Positions 34,405 to 48,026 of a DNA stretch of 64,000 nt are shown in pieces (position 1 is the stretch's first letter; each line of letters starts with the position of its first letter). The position numbers and the translations under genes were made by a program. The DNA is from Basidiobolus meristosporus CBS 931.73 (taxonomy: Eukaryota; Fungi; Basidiobolomycota). The notes under the pieces are model-generated. The model was not told where the DNA came from. It saw nothing but the letters and a program-made list of their open reading frames with translations, and did no database searches. Location: positions 124,001 through 188,000 of the forward strand of contig MCFE01000033.1 of NCBI GenBank assembly GCA_002104905.1, given 5' to 3'.

Positions 34405-34863
34405 ATGTCTCTTCGCGCCTTCTCCTCTTCCCTTTTCCGTAACTACACCGCTTCTGTTAGAGCCTCCCCTCTCTACAGAGCCGCATACTACTCTACTATC
34501 AAGAGATACACTGAAGACCACGAATGGGTCTCAGTTACCGATGGTGTTGGAACCGTCGGCGTCACTGACTACGCTCAAAAGGCCTTGGGAGACGTCGTCT
34601 TTGTAGATATCCCCGAGACCGGAGTCACCGTCGAGGCCAACGCTCAAATCGGCGCTGTCGAGTCGGTCAAGGCTGCCTCTGATATCTACTCTCCTCTTGC
34701 CGGAGAGATCGTCGAGTCCAACAGCGCTTTGGACTCCAGCCCTGGTTTGATCAACACCTCCCCCGAGAATGAAGGCTGGATTTGCAAGATCAAGCTCGCC
34801 GATGCCTCTGAGTTGGATGGCTTGATGGACGAAGACGCCTACAAGACTCACTGCGAGCACTAA
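34405..34863 (+). CDS. GCV3: Glycine cleavage system H protein, mitochondrial
   Basis: YTEDHEWV..GTVGVTDYAQKALGDVVFV..VESVKAASDIYSP (lipoyl Lys); N-terminal presequence. Confidence 0.97.
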   Translation: MSLRAFSSSLFRNYTASVRASPLYRAAYYSTIKRYTEDHEWVSVTDGVGTVGVTDYAQKALGDVVFVDIPETGVTVEANAQIGAVESVKAASDIYSPLAGEIVESNSALDSSPGLINTSPENEGWICKIKLADASELDGLMDEDAYKTHCEH

Positions 34864-34950
34864 TCCGTATACAAATGCATTTACTCTCATCACAATAAAC
34901 AGACCAATCTCCACTGCATGTTGTGACTTGTGAATTTCGTGGTTGGGGCT

Positions 34951-36157
34951 TTATTGTGGATTCTGGATGTAGCTAACAAACAACGGTATCCCACGGTCGG
35001 TGTGTATGACGAAGTAGAAAGGCCGGTTGCATTCGAATCGGAATGGCGGCGGTGGGAGGCAGAATGCCACCATAAGTATTGCGGTGGCCGCACTTGCCGT
35101 GGAGCCTGAGGAAAGGTTAGAGGGGCAGTCGCATATAAGAAAAAGAAACCCCACCAATACCTGTTTCGTCCACTTGAATTCTGCACTTGTGATGGATTTC
35201 TTTGACCTCAATAGGTAGCGCGGACAGCTCGTTCAACCCGGATACCGTTCTATCGAACACCTTCTTCACCCCGAATTGTTCAAGCCCTTCCTTTAGCTGG
35301 AAGCTTAGCTCCAGGTCGAACTTCGGAAGGACTACGCTTCCCTCACGGTCCATAGAGCGCTGTAAATAAACAAAGTCCCACTCCTCTTGAGTCATCATGG
35401 ACTCAGCCTCCTGGAAAGTCAGCACCTCCCGAGGGAGCACTATGCTGGCAGAGAATTTCTCCTCATTATACGGTAGTCTAAGGACTTGATATTTCTCCGT
35501 CTCTTTGTATTCCCACTTCTTCCCGTCCGAGTGCATCATCGAAGTCTGCACCTTTTGGGTTTTACCGGTGGAGAATTCTCCGCTACGCGTGTGCACGGGA
35601 TCGAACGACTTGGCCCAAGTGCCACGGAAGTATACGGAATTCAGCAGCATAACCGAGTTATGGGAGAAGCGCTTGTCGTCCTCAAAAAACTGCTTGAGGT
35701 GGCCGTTCGTCTTTCGCTCTATCCAGTCGTTCACCTCCTTGCCGTTCTTTGGAACCGGGAACCCCTCGGCCTCGAAAAGCCTTTGGATTTTATCAGCATA
35801 GGAAGGTAGTACGTGGTTTCCCCAGAGGGAATTCCCCACGATAAACTCGGTATGTTCCTTATCCTCTGTGCCGCCCACACTCTGGCTAAGGTACTCTTTC
35901 AGAGAGGTGCTTATGACCGAGTTGAGCTGTGCTAGTTGTCCGCACTTGTCGCCCTCGATGCTGAAATATGCCAAAAGCTCGTCCCTACTCTCTGCTTGCT
36001 CCGAGGTACCGTTTAGCAATAACAACAGGGCCAAGCTTATGGAGAGGGGTGAGTACAAAACGTTGCCTTCTTGGGCACTCAGATACTTGGAGAGTTTGGT
36101 GGAGATGCTGGTGACACTCTTGTAGAGCAAGGCATCTTGGTCGGATTCAAAATACAT
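34951..36157 (-). CDS. Serpin (intracellular, inhibitory-type hinge); one intron 35106-35160
   Basis: NVLYSPLSISLAL, VNDWIERKTNG, LLNSVYFRGTW, LPKFDLE, VDETG|STASAATA..NRPFYFVI..PLFV; probable start MYFESD at 36157. Confidence 0.92.
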
Positions 36158-36497
36158 GGGAATAGGCGGGTTGGTGTTGAGCAAATTGCTTTCCCGGTGA
36201 TTTATAGTGATATTGGGCCTGTGGCGTCGCCTTGCCCAGCTCTCCTTTCTAGGCAATCATGTAACTCTATTGGTGACACAAAGACATCATCGAATAGTTC
36301 TCAAAATACATCAAATGGGCAGGACTAATTGGAAATGCAGCAACACCGCCCTTCCGGGTATGGGGAAGGGGGTTTGATTTGGTTTGGTGAAGGCTCATTT
36401 ATTTCGCGCCAAGCCTTGGGACCCACTGCCATATTCGAACATGATTACGAGCTTCGTTGCACTGCAGCATTCTAATGATGGGGGAAGAGGAGCCGGT

Positions 36498-38086
36498 TCA
36501 CTTCTGCGAACATCCCGGGCAGTTATGCAGGATGTCGTGAACAAACAGATCGCACTCGATGCAGAAATGCTGATCGCACTTGGGACACCGGAAACGCGGG
36601 GTGATGTCCGACGGCGGGGACCCGTCAGTGGGCTCGTCCCGCTTGTTCTCGAAGGCTACCTGGCAAGCAAAGCAACAGGTGCTGGTGCAACTGGTTGGTG
36701 TGGCGGTGGGTTAATGGAAAGCATGGTCGGAGACGATCACGATGGGGGAACTTACTGCTGTGTATCGACATCCACGAAATTATCTACCGGAAATAGATGA
36801 TGGTACGAACGCGCCAAGTGTGGACTGGACACCAGCGTTAGGTTACACACGTCGCAATCAGTGGGCAACTCGCAGATCTTGGATTTGCATCGCGGACACA
36901 CATACCCACCGAGCACTAGCTTCTGGTGGCTACACATCAATCAGTTACTGGGATGAAACGCTTGGCCAAGTGCCTCGTTCTACTCCAACCTTACCATACA
37001 CAAAATGACGGGATGGACTCGACTATCCGCGTGGGGAATCCCATCTTGACTAGATTCGAGGAACTCTTGGCGGCTGTGGTGGGTGGGGGTGGAATCGTCT
37101 CAAACATGATGTCTCGGTAATGGTTGTCGTTCATGGCGACCGCAAATTTGCCCCCGGTCTCCCTACATAGGGTCTTGAACACTTGGACCTCTGCGGACAA
37201 CTGCACCATGGAGCACCGGATCTCCTCATCCTTCAGTAGCTGAATGGTTTCGTGGATGTTCCCGGGGTCGCAGGTCGTCAATGAGCCAAAGATCGCCAGG
37301 ATTTCCCGTGATCCATGGGCGGGTACGTGGCTAGTAAAGGGGAGATTAGACATTGGCGTCAATCAAACTTGTCAAGCGGTGGTGCTCGAACCTGAGCGAG
37401 CTCCGCGCCATCTCGAGAGCATTCTGCAGCGACGGCTCACCAATACAATCCTGATTGTTCTTGTTCCTTATGGCTCTGATGTGGTCCATGGGGTTACCTG
37501 CGTGTCGGAAGAATGTTTAGAATGGCCATCATTGGGCAACATCGGGCACAAACGTACCGCTCAGCTCAGTTAGCTTCTCGGCAATTCCATCTCGAGTGAT
37601 AATCAGTCCCAATTGACTGATAGGGTTCTGATCAAAATACTCCAAAACGAACGCTTCCACATAATTCACCGTAAGGCCTAGCCTGTGTGGGCGATAATCC
37701 TTCTCCATCATGTCCGCCGACATGTCCAAGATCAAGTACAAGTGGCGAATAATCCCACGGCGGATGGTCGATGTATCGCGTAAGAGGCTAGGTGGAGGGG
37801 AACAAAGAAGGATTAAAACCAAATCGCAAATTACGAAACTGGATCCTCAGGCCCAAACGTATCCACAGCGTTGATGGTGCCACTTCGGAGAAGGAAACAC
37901 TCACCGTCGACGCTTTTGTTGTTGTAGATTGGCGACCACGCTTCGTAGCGAGCCTTGCTCGTCTTCCTGAACCACATCCCAACTTCTTTTGTACTCTTCT
38001 TCCCAGGCGTAGCCTAAATTATTGTTGTTGGCATCATCGTCATCTTCCACTTCGTGTATTTTTGGGGGTTTGGTAGCTTGTGACAT
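36498..38086 (-). CDS. SSL1: TFIIH subunit Ssl1/p44, multi-exon
   Basis: [71 protein letters not shown]. Confidence 0.96.
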
Positions 38087-38523
38087 GCTCTTTGAATGGA
38101 GGGAGTTTGCTTTCTATGACTCGCCTCAATCAACTGGCCATACTCCAACCCGGAGCATATAAATTATTTATGGAGCAGATTTATCTACTTCGTATCACAT
38201 GACCCCTCAGTTGTGCACTCTGCCTGTTGAGGGTGAAGGGCAACAAGTGAAAAGGCCCAATTAATCCTAGCCATACCCCTATTTCCCACCGAAATCATCG
38301 TATTCTCCCTTGAGCAGCAATCAGCAATCAGTAATCGAGCAACAAAAAAAAACCAACCTTCCTGATGGTTTGGTCAATGCCAAATGCTGATTGTTTTTTT
38401 TCCAATCAGTCACCAGCTGGGCCGTAGTAAGTGGTATACTGACTCGGTGACCTGCGGACAGAACTAGTCGTCTTGATTCATTAAAGCTCCCCCCTTCCTC
38501 GGGTTCAACAAGACAGGTCAAAA

Positions 38524-40771
38524 ATGGTCGCAGAAACGATAAACGCCAAGGCAGAGAAGCTGATGCGCGAAGCAGTCCCCAACGTAGATGATCCCATCGT
38601 CGATTATCTCCTTGGTTGGCTAGCGGAACCCCAAAATGAAGACGAAGACATTCCGGTCCACGATTTCGTTGGGCCCATGCTGGTTGACGCAGGTGGCAAC
38701 ACCGCCGCTGTCAATGCTCTATGCCAGGAACTCTCGAAGATGTTCGACTACCATGGCTTGGCCAAGGAACAGAAATCGAGCGGCTTAACCAAGCTCGAGA
38801 CCCCCATCCACATGCTTTCCCAGAGCCACATCTCAGCCACTGCCAAGCTGGCGGCCAGAAACATCGATTTGGAGGCGGTCAGCGGTAGAAAGATTGCCTC
38901 TCAGGTGGACCAGAAGAAGTTGGAGAAGGCAGAGAAGAAGATTCGGGAGAAACTTCTCAAGAGAGAACGCAAGTCCAACTACGAGGGCAGCAAGCTTCTG
39001 GTGAAGCAAGAGGAGGTGGAGCTCCTCGCCATCAATCCTATTCTGGATTACACCACCACTCGCGGGAAATCGAAGGACATCAAATTGGACAACTTCGATA
39101 TCTCCTTTGCTGGCAAGCGTATTCTTACAGACGCTTCCCTCACCATTGCTTTCGGTAGACGTTACGGTCTCATCGGTAGGAACGGTATCGGAAAGTCCAC
39201 CCTGCTACGTACCATTTCTAGACGTGAGGTAAACATCCCCACTCACGTTAGTATCCTACACGTGGAACAGGAAATGGTTGGAGATGACACCCCTGCCATC
39301 GAATCAGTACTCAAGGCCGATTACTTCCGTGAGCATCTGTTGCAGGAGGAAAGAAAGCTTACTGCCAGAATGACCGAGTTGGAGCAATCAACGGAGACCA
39401 ACAACGACGAAATCGAGAACGAAAAGGGCGAGATCGAGCTCAAGCTCCGTGGAGTTTATTCCAAGCTCAACGATATCGAATCGGACAAGGCCGAGGCCAG
39501 GGCAGCCGCCATCCTTTCTGGTTTAGGATTCCGCACCGAGCAAATCCGCAACCCTACCTCCTCCTTCTCCGGTGGTTGGCGTATGCGTCTCTCCCTTGCC
39601 CGTGCGCTCTTCTGCAAGCCCGATCTTCTACTTCTTGATGAACCTACCAATATGTTGGATATTCCAGCGGTGGTGTGGTTGGAATCCTATCTCAAAACAT
39701 GGCCCAACAGTTTACTCGTCGTCTCCCACGACAGAGAGTTTCTGGACGAGGTTGCTACCGATATCCTCCATCAACACTCCGAGAAGCTCGATTACTACAA
39801 AGGAAACTTCACCCAGTTCTACGCCACCAAAGAAGAGCGTCGCAAGAACCAACTGCGCGAGTACGAATCGCAGATGCAGTATCGCCAACATCTGCAAGAC
39901 TTTATTGACCGTTGGAGATACAATGCTAACCGTGCTGCCCAGGCTCAGATGAAAATCAAGATTCTGGAGAAGCTGCCCGAACTTGAGAAGCCTGAGGATG
40001 AGACCATCGTGACGTTCAGCTTCCCAGAGACCGAGAAGTTGAGTCCACCAATCCTGCAGATGGATGAGGTGACATTCGGCTACGGCGACGGACGAACCAT
40101 TCTTGGCGGTATCAGCTTTGACATGCAAATGGATTCTCGTATCGCCGTGGTGGGTCCCAACGGTGCGGGTAAATCCACCATGCTGAAACTCTTAACCGGT
40201 CAGTTAGAGCCTAGAACCGGCATGGTTCACAGACACGGCCGCCTTCGTCTGGCCTACTTTACCCAGCATCACGTCGACCAGTTAGATTTGAATCTTTCCC
40301 CCGTTGGATATATGGCCAAGGCGTTCCCTGGACGAACTGAAGAAGAATATCGTCGCTACCTTGGTAGATTCGGTATCTCTGGAATGGTTGGCCTGCAACC
40401 TATCCAAACTCTGTCTGGTGGTCAAAAGAGTAGAGTGGCATTTGCCTGTTTGGCCATCCAAGATCCACACTTCTTGGTGCTCGATGAAGTAAGAAACTCC
40501 CCCCTAACAGATTACCCTCACGGCAGACTAACCTGAAACTAATTGATCACCTCTTTAGCCTACAAATCATTTGGACATGGACTCCATTGATGCCCTGACG
40601 AACGCTCTCAAGCAATTCACTGGTGGTGTCGCAGTGGTTTCTCACGATGAGCGTTTCATCGACTCTGTGTGTAACGAAATCTGGGTCTGTGACAATGCCA
40701 AACTCACCAAATTCACAGGAGAGGGCATCAAGGACTACAAGAGAATCATATGCCCCGAGGGAAATTTCTAA
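38524..40771 (+). CDS. GCN20: ABC-F protein Gcn20/ABCF3 (intron ~40490-40559)
   Basis: Two ABC ATPase domains: GRNGIGKST/FSGGWRMR/LLLLDEPTN and GPNGAGKST/LSGGQKSR; last exon NHLDMDSIDAL. Confidence 0.95.
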
Positions 40772-40785
40772 GCTTGATGTAGAAT

Positions 40786-40817
<32 letters not shown>

Positions 40818-41119
40818 CACTACCCGTTCCCACCTTTGTGCCCTTCACCCATTCATCGTTTTCAGGAAAATACACACTGTCAAAAAACTGCCTCGGGGTT
40901 GGATCATTCTATACAGAACAGAAAAGCGATCGCTGCACTTTAATGATGACTCTATAACTTTGCTAAAATACATGAATTTTCTGATATTACATAAATACGA
41001 TACATGCTTAGAACACCAATCCAGCATAATATATACGCGGCAGACCTGGGAAATTGTTGGAACAATTCGGATTCGGAGGAGTTGCTAGATTAGGTTGTTT
41101 GCAACAACTCCTGGCTCCG

Positions 41120-42239
41120 CTATTCGTCAGCGCAATCCTCATCGCATGTTGAAGAGGCAGGCGTAGTGTTGCGAGATCTACGGGTATCGATCAATACTAT
41201 CGGCAGTACCTTGGTCGATAAATCTCTCGAGCTACCGGCTCTGCCACGGGTGCTTCCCAGCAACTTTTCGTATTTGACCGACTGCTCCTGCATGATCTTT
41301 CCATGCTTCCACTTCACACCGCAGGCATTACAAAGTGTTCCAGGACCCGCTGGACCCCTCCTCCACATAGGGGTGCTTTTACACCCACAGTAGCCACACT
41401 TCTTACCAATGCCGCCTGAATTGGGGGAGGTGTTCACGCGTTTGGCTATGATTGACATTTTGTCCGGCACTTTGTCTTTAGAAAACGATTACTAAGGATG
41501 TCGGTCGATCGTGTATTCGAGAAAACGAATGCAAACCTGTTAACCCATGACCGTGGACCTTCGGGAACTTACGGGGACAGGGGCTTGAACCCCACGGGTC
41601 ACTCGCGAAGTCGGAATCCGAGTCGGACTGCGAGAGGCAGTAGTACTTGTCAACCGAGTCGTTGTGGTGGTTTTGAGACTGTTTGAGGATGATCTTTGGT
41701 CGAGGATGGTACGCTTCGAACTCATCATCCACACAAAAATCAATCAGTGCTAATTGAAGCTCGGCCCATAGCTCCTTTTGAACTCCGTAAATGTAGACAT
41801 AGCTTTGATTCGCTTGCTGATAGAAAGGATCCGGCAATGACTTGATCGCACGCTGAGGGAATGATACTGTGACTTGATAGGGCTCCTTCAGAGACTGTGT
41901 CTTGAGCTTGACATCTCTAGGTAACAGCCACCATACGCCGGGGCTATCTTGAAACTCGAAGATAATATCAAATCTATCTATGGGGGATGCTAAGGGTGAT
42001 GTTGGCGGAGTCGATATATGACTGATATTCTTTGGCGGCGAATATGTTGGCTTGCTCGAGCGATGGTTTGACAAAGGTCCAATTTTGGCGCGTGTCTTGT
42101 AGAATTGACAATTCGCGAATACGTGTGGTCCTATCAATATGGTGCAGCTACCCAAGGGGAGGTGGAGTGTTTTGTCGGAAGTAACCGAAACAAATACCGA
42201 AGAAAGCCATTCCCTTCTCGAGGTGGCAAAACTATCCAA
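41120..42239 (-). CDS. GATA-type zinc-finger transcription factor (CX2CX18CX2C), one intron
   Basis: [27 protein letters not shown]; GTAAGT...CTAAAG intron (~41476-41572) joins ORFs 41478..42239 and 41120..41470 in frame. Confidence 0.82.
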
Positions 42240-43991
42240 AATATCGCTAGAGGAGGAACGTTAAACTCGCTTGCTCTCGACATGGCAAGTGTGATTGAGG
42301 CACCTACGTTTTTGAACAGTCAATTGAGTTGGCGGTGGGACTCAAATCGACGGAATTATATCTCGAGGTGGCTAAAAGCCCCATTTCATTCGATATCAGT
42401 AAAGGCTCCATATCACACTGTTCACAGAGGAGATATCCAAACTTTGAAGTTGGCGGTTCGGTTAAATAGATACGTGGGCAGGATTGCTGAGGTTTGGCAT
42501 ACAACGTTTGTTAAAGTGACACAGCAATGAATGTTATGATAGAAATGCCGAAATGGCGTCACTAAATTTAAGAGCAAACGAAAAGAAAAACAAAGCTGAA
42601 TCCAGAGAAAAATTCTGATCAAAACAACAGAGTGCCGAAATTTATAAGCTCCATTGTATGCCCACGCGAAATCACAATTTGATTGGATTGCTCTAGCGAA
42701 AGAATGGTTCCAAAACTGAGCTAGCATTCATACAAATTAGGCCCGAATGCTGGAAGATCACATAATCTTGGTTTTCGTAACACAGATGTAATTGATGCGC
42801 ATTTCATGACGAAATTAAACAGGATTTCCATCCAGATAAAAACGCGATCGAGTTACCTGTCTTGATCAGATTGCAAATCAAAACCAATGCGTCGAACCAA
42901 ACGCGTAACAATTTCATCCTCAGGTTTTTGTTCCAACTTGATTAAATTTTGGCTTGACATCGGTAGCGTGTTGGGTAAATTACCCGATTTTGGATCGTAC
43001 TAATTAGAAGTGGCGTGCGAGCCAGATGTAATTAACAATGTTAACCAGGAATACAAACATGTACAATCAGCAAATAGGTGCTAATGTGGCTTAAGATTCG
43101 AAATACCAAAAAGTAACCTTGGTCAGTTTCCACTTGGGTCAATACAATGCATACATATTCTGAAAGAATTTTGGCGCTAGACCTTTATGTAGTGTGGCTG
43201 CTGCCTGGTCGCGGTCTAGTGAGCTAGACCAAATATGTGTCTGCAATGAAAGCCTAAGGTTTTGTGTGACAATATTGCACACGACTAAGGTCTAGTGTTC
43301 ACAGTGTACCTCAGGTGAGGATAATAAGGGGCAAGTAATGGAGCAGCGACGAGTAGAGCATTAAAGCTAACGGTCATTTGGATTGTGTGGTTGCGGACTT
43401 CATTAGGAAAGATACATACAAATATAGAATACACAATTATAGAAGTGGTGGATCTCAGGTTCCTAGCGAATAATAGGCGGTATGTGGATGAAACATCAAC
43501 ATCACAATGGCACCAAACTCGTCGTGGTGAAGTTTCTAAAGAGGCAGTGCCTTCCACGGATCAATGGATTACACCGGGGACCACTTACGTAGAGGAACGG
43601 TTTTGAGCCACCACATCAGTGGAGTCAGTTTGCCAAAGAAAGTAAACAAGAGTAGTGAAAATAGTAGGAAACCAATTCAGTAACTCAGTTTTCAACTGCT
43701 GAACTGCCAATACAAACTGAAATCCGAGATTCACCAAGATCTTCCACGGATAGAACTAGGCCTAAACTGGGCCCAATAGGACAAAGCCAACTCCAGTAAA
43801 ATAAAACCTATTTAGCAATGGTGTAAAACCACTCACCGACCACAATAGAAAGTCTTCAAGTCCAGAAGTTCCATCGCCGCAACCCAAATAAACTTCCACA
43901 AAGCGTGGATGAGAAGGTATAAAAGACCTAGCACATTAGTTAGAATTTACTCAAATCATCTCAAGCTTATTCCTTTTCATTCTTTTTCATC

Positions 43992-45696
43992 ATGGATATA
44001 GAGATGTCAGCGCATGAAAGTCAAGACCAAAAGCCCGAAGTTGTCTCAGCTGATACGGCGAGTGGATCCCATCCTGTTTCATTTTTACCAACATCGACAA
44101 GCGATAAGTATCCAGATCATGAGAAAAAGATGTCTGAGGAGCCAGAGGAGAAAAAATCCCTTTATCAACGCTTTCGCCTTTACATCCATATTGCTATTGT
44201 ACTCCTCTACACTGGGTATATGATTGCTGCATGGATTCTTCATGGAAAAAAGACCCTTGTGGCTTCCTTGCTCTGGGCCTTTGTTTCGTTAAAGATCATG
44301 TTCTACCACGTTCCTACCACCATTCTCACTAAGCCCTTAGGCTGGTTCTTCTCCAATCTAATTGCATTTGCTATGAGGTTCCCAAGCAAAGTTCGCTGGA
44401 TTGTATCTGTTGTCTTCACCGTCGGTCTGATTGTTGGTGTCACTCTGGGACTACCCGTGCATGAAGGCCAAGGAACCCTGGTCGACAGAGTGAGATCGTT
44501 GGCCGGCTTGTTCGTGTTTGTGCTAGTGCTCTACGCTACCTCTACTGATCGCAAGCGGATTCGTTGGGCCACTGTACTCTCCGGGCTTTTGCTTCAGTAT
44601 CTTCTCGGATTGTTCATCCTCAAGACCTCGGTTGGTTACGACATCTTCCACTGGATCTCGCACATGTGCACCACCCTCCTCGAGTTCTCCAACAGTGGTT
44701 TCGCTTTCATTGTTGGTGATAAGGTAGCCGCCATGGGAACATTCGCTACTGGAGTTCTGCCAGCTGTCCTCTTCTTCGCTGCTATCGTGAAGATCGTGTA
44801 CTTCTTTGGAGGCATGCAAGTGGATGGTGAAGAAGATCGCCTGGCTCATGGTCAGACTGATGAACACCAGTGGTGCCGAGTCCACCGTAGCCGCCGCCTC
44901 GCCCTTCGTTGGTATGGGTGAATCATCATTGCTGGTTCTTCCCTTCTTGGAAACCATGACCAAGTCGGAGATCCACTCCACCATGACATCAGGATTTGCC
45001 ACTATCTCCGGCTCAGTGCTGGTCGGATTCATTTCCATGGGAGTCAACCCACAACCACTCGTCACCTCATGTGTCATGTCAGTTCCATGCGGTATGCTTA
45101 TCTCCAAGATGCGCTATCCTGAGGATGGCGAGCCAGTGACCAAGGGTAAGGTTCGCATTCCACCAGCCGCTGAAGAGGAGTGTAATTTCTTGCATGCAGC
45201 ATCCAACGGAGCTGCTCAAGGTATCCACTTGGTGCTGTTGATTGCTGCCACTGTTCTTGCCTTCATGTCACTCCTCGCCTTGGTGAACGCTTTCCTTACC
45301 TGGTTTGGTAGCTTCATCAACATCGACCACCTAACTCTTCAGTTGGTCATGGGATACATCTATGTGCCATTCATCTGGTTTGTTGGTGTCGCCCAGAAGG
45401 ACGTGTTGGTTGTTTCTCGCTTGATGGCCACCAAGACATTCGTCAACGAGTTCGTCGCCTTCGGTGAGCTCACCACCCCAGCTGTAGCTGATGCATTGAC
45501 CGCTCGCTCCAAACATGTTGCGGTGTACTGCCTCTGTGGATTCGCCAACTTCGGATCGATCGGTATTCAGATCGGATCATTGGGATCCATGGCACCTTCC
45601 CGCAGACAAGATCTTGCCGAACTATCGTTCTCAGCCATGTTGTGTGGCACCATGTCAACCTTGATGAGTGCCGCCATTGCAGGAATGCTAATGTAG
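43992..45696 (+). CDS. CNT: Concentrative nucleoside transporter (SLC28) copy 1; apparent +1 insertion near 44819
   Basis: ASPFVGMGES, GFATISGSV, FVNEFVAF, CGFANFGSIGIQIG; ORFs 43992..44921 and 44806..45696 overlap. Confidence 0.9.
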
Positions 45697-46348
45697 GCTA
45701 TCAAATTGAACTTCACCAAAGCAGTAAATGTAAATAGTATCAGTATTTTCAACAAAAATTTGTGAAATCATTATTCCTATTGGTCCATGAATATATGAAT
45801 CTGTTTAGAAATACATAAGTCCAGCGCAATGCAAATAGTATCATAAATAAAACGCCATACAAAGTATACCCAGAGTTAACCCGCTGAGGGTAGAGTCAAT
45901 CGAATATCACTTTGTGTTACATAGTGTGCCAAAGCCGAAAATGACCAAATAATGATTTTGGATTTGTTGAAAGCCACCGGCACTCATTGGCAGGGCCCAA
46001 GGAAGTGTTAACGATTTGATTGAATGATCGAAGCTATATCTGACCCCGCGCAATCGCCACATATTTGGTAAATATCAGGTGAGGCACCTTCTTCCTGAAT
46101 GGATGGGTGATAATGGAAGGAAATCTCATTCTCAGTGATCTAGGTCAGAGTCTAGATGGATGAAATTACCATATTCGTTTTAGCGATTCCTGTAGGAACT
46201 CCATGTGTTCCCAAGAATAAAGTTTAGCGTGTGCAGGGTAGCGTGCAACTTCACATATAAAAGAACTCCCACACCTCCATTCGAATCATCAACCTACAAG
46301 CTCAACGCATTCTAACTTCCTATTCCACATTTCTTTGTGAATATTGAA

Positions 46349-48026
46349 ATGTCTACCCACGAAGCCTCGGACCAAAAAGTCGAATCGGTCCCCGTCTCCT
46401 TGTTGCCCACCACTGTCCACGACACTTACATTGAGGATGACTGTGAGAAAAAGCAGGAGGTAACCGAAGTGACTGAGGAAAAGAAGTCGCTTTACCAACG
46501 CTGCCGCATTTACATTCATATTGCCGCTGTATTGCTCTACACTGGCTACATGATTGCCGCGTGGATTCTCCATGGAAAGAAGACCCTTGTGGCCTCCTTG
46601 CTCTGGGCTTTTGTATGTCTTAAGATCATGTTCTACCACGTTCCTACCTCCATTGTCGCCAAGCCATTGGGCTGGTTCTTCTCTCAGCTGATCTCATTTG
46701 CCATGAGATTCTCGAGCCGAGTTCGCTGGATTGTATCTGTTGTCTTTACCGTCGGTCTGATTGTTGGTGTCACCCTGGGACTACCTGTGCATGAAGGCCA
46801 AGGAACCCTGGTTGACAGAGTGAGATCGTTAGCCGGCTTGTTCGTGTTTGTGCTAGTGCTCTTCGCGACCTCCACCGACCGCAAGCGGATTCGTTGGGCC
46901 ACTGTACTCTCGGGACTTTTGATCCAGTATCTTCTCGGTTTGTTCATCCTCAAGACCTCGGTTGGTTACGACATCTTCCACTGGATCTCGCACATGTGCA
47001 CCACCCTCCTCGAGTTCTCCAACACTGGCTTCGCTTTCATTGTTGGCGATAAGGTAGCCGCCATGGGAACGTTCGCTACTGGAGTTCTGCCAGCTGTCCT
47101 CTTCTTCGCTGCCATCGTGAAGGTCGTGTACTTCTTTGGAGGCATGCAGTGGATGGTGAAGAAGATCGCCTGGCTCATGGTCAGACTGATGAACACCAGT
47201 GGTGCCGAGTCCACCGTAGCCGCCGCCTCGCCCTTCGTTGGTATGGGTGAATCATCATTGCTGGTTCTTCCCTTCTTGGAAACCATGACCAAGTCAGAGA
47301 TCCACTCCACCATGACATCAGGATTTGCCACCATCTCCGGCTCAGTGCTGGTCGGATTCATTTCCATGGGAGTCAACCCACAACCACTCGTCACCTCATG
47401 TGTCATGTCAGTTCCATGTGGTATGCTTATCTCCAAGATGCGCTATCCTGAGACTGGTGAGCCAGTGACCAAGGGCAAGGTTCGCATTCCACCCGCCCCC
47501 GAAGAGGAGTGTAACTTCTTGCATGCAGCTGCTAACGGAGCTGCTCAAGGTATCCACTTGGTGCTGTTGATTGCTGCCACCGTTCTTGCCTTCATGTCAC
47601 TCCTCGCCTTGGTGAACGCTTTCCTTCACCTGGTTTGGCAACTTCATCAACATCGATAACTTGACTCTTCAGTTGGTCATGGGATACATCTATGTGCCAT
47701 TCATCTGGTTTGTTGGTGTCGCCCAGAAGGACGTGTTGACTGTGTCTCGCTTGATGGCCACCAAGACATTCGTCAATGAGTTCGTCGCCTTCGGTGAGCT
47801 CACCACCCCAGCTGTAGCTGATGCATTGACTGCTCGCTCCAAGCATCTTGCGGTGTACTGCCTCTGTGGATTCGCCAACTTCGGATCGATTGGTATTCAG
47901 ATCGGATCATTGGGATCCATGGCACCTTCCCGTAAACAAGATCTTGCCGAACTATCGTTCTCAGCCATGTTGTGTGGCACCATGTCAACCCTGATGAGTG
48001 CCAACATTGCGGGATTGCTGATGTAA
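46349..48026 (+). CDS. CNT: CNT copy 2; apparent +1 insertion near 47627
   Basis: Same motifs; TATAAAAG upstream near 46256. Confidence 0.9.
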
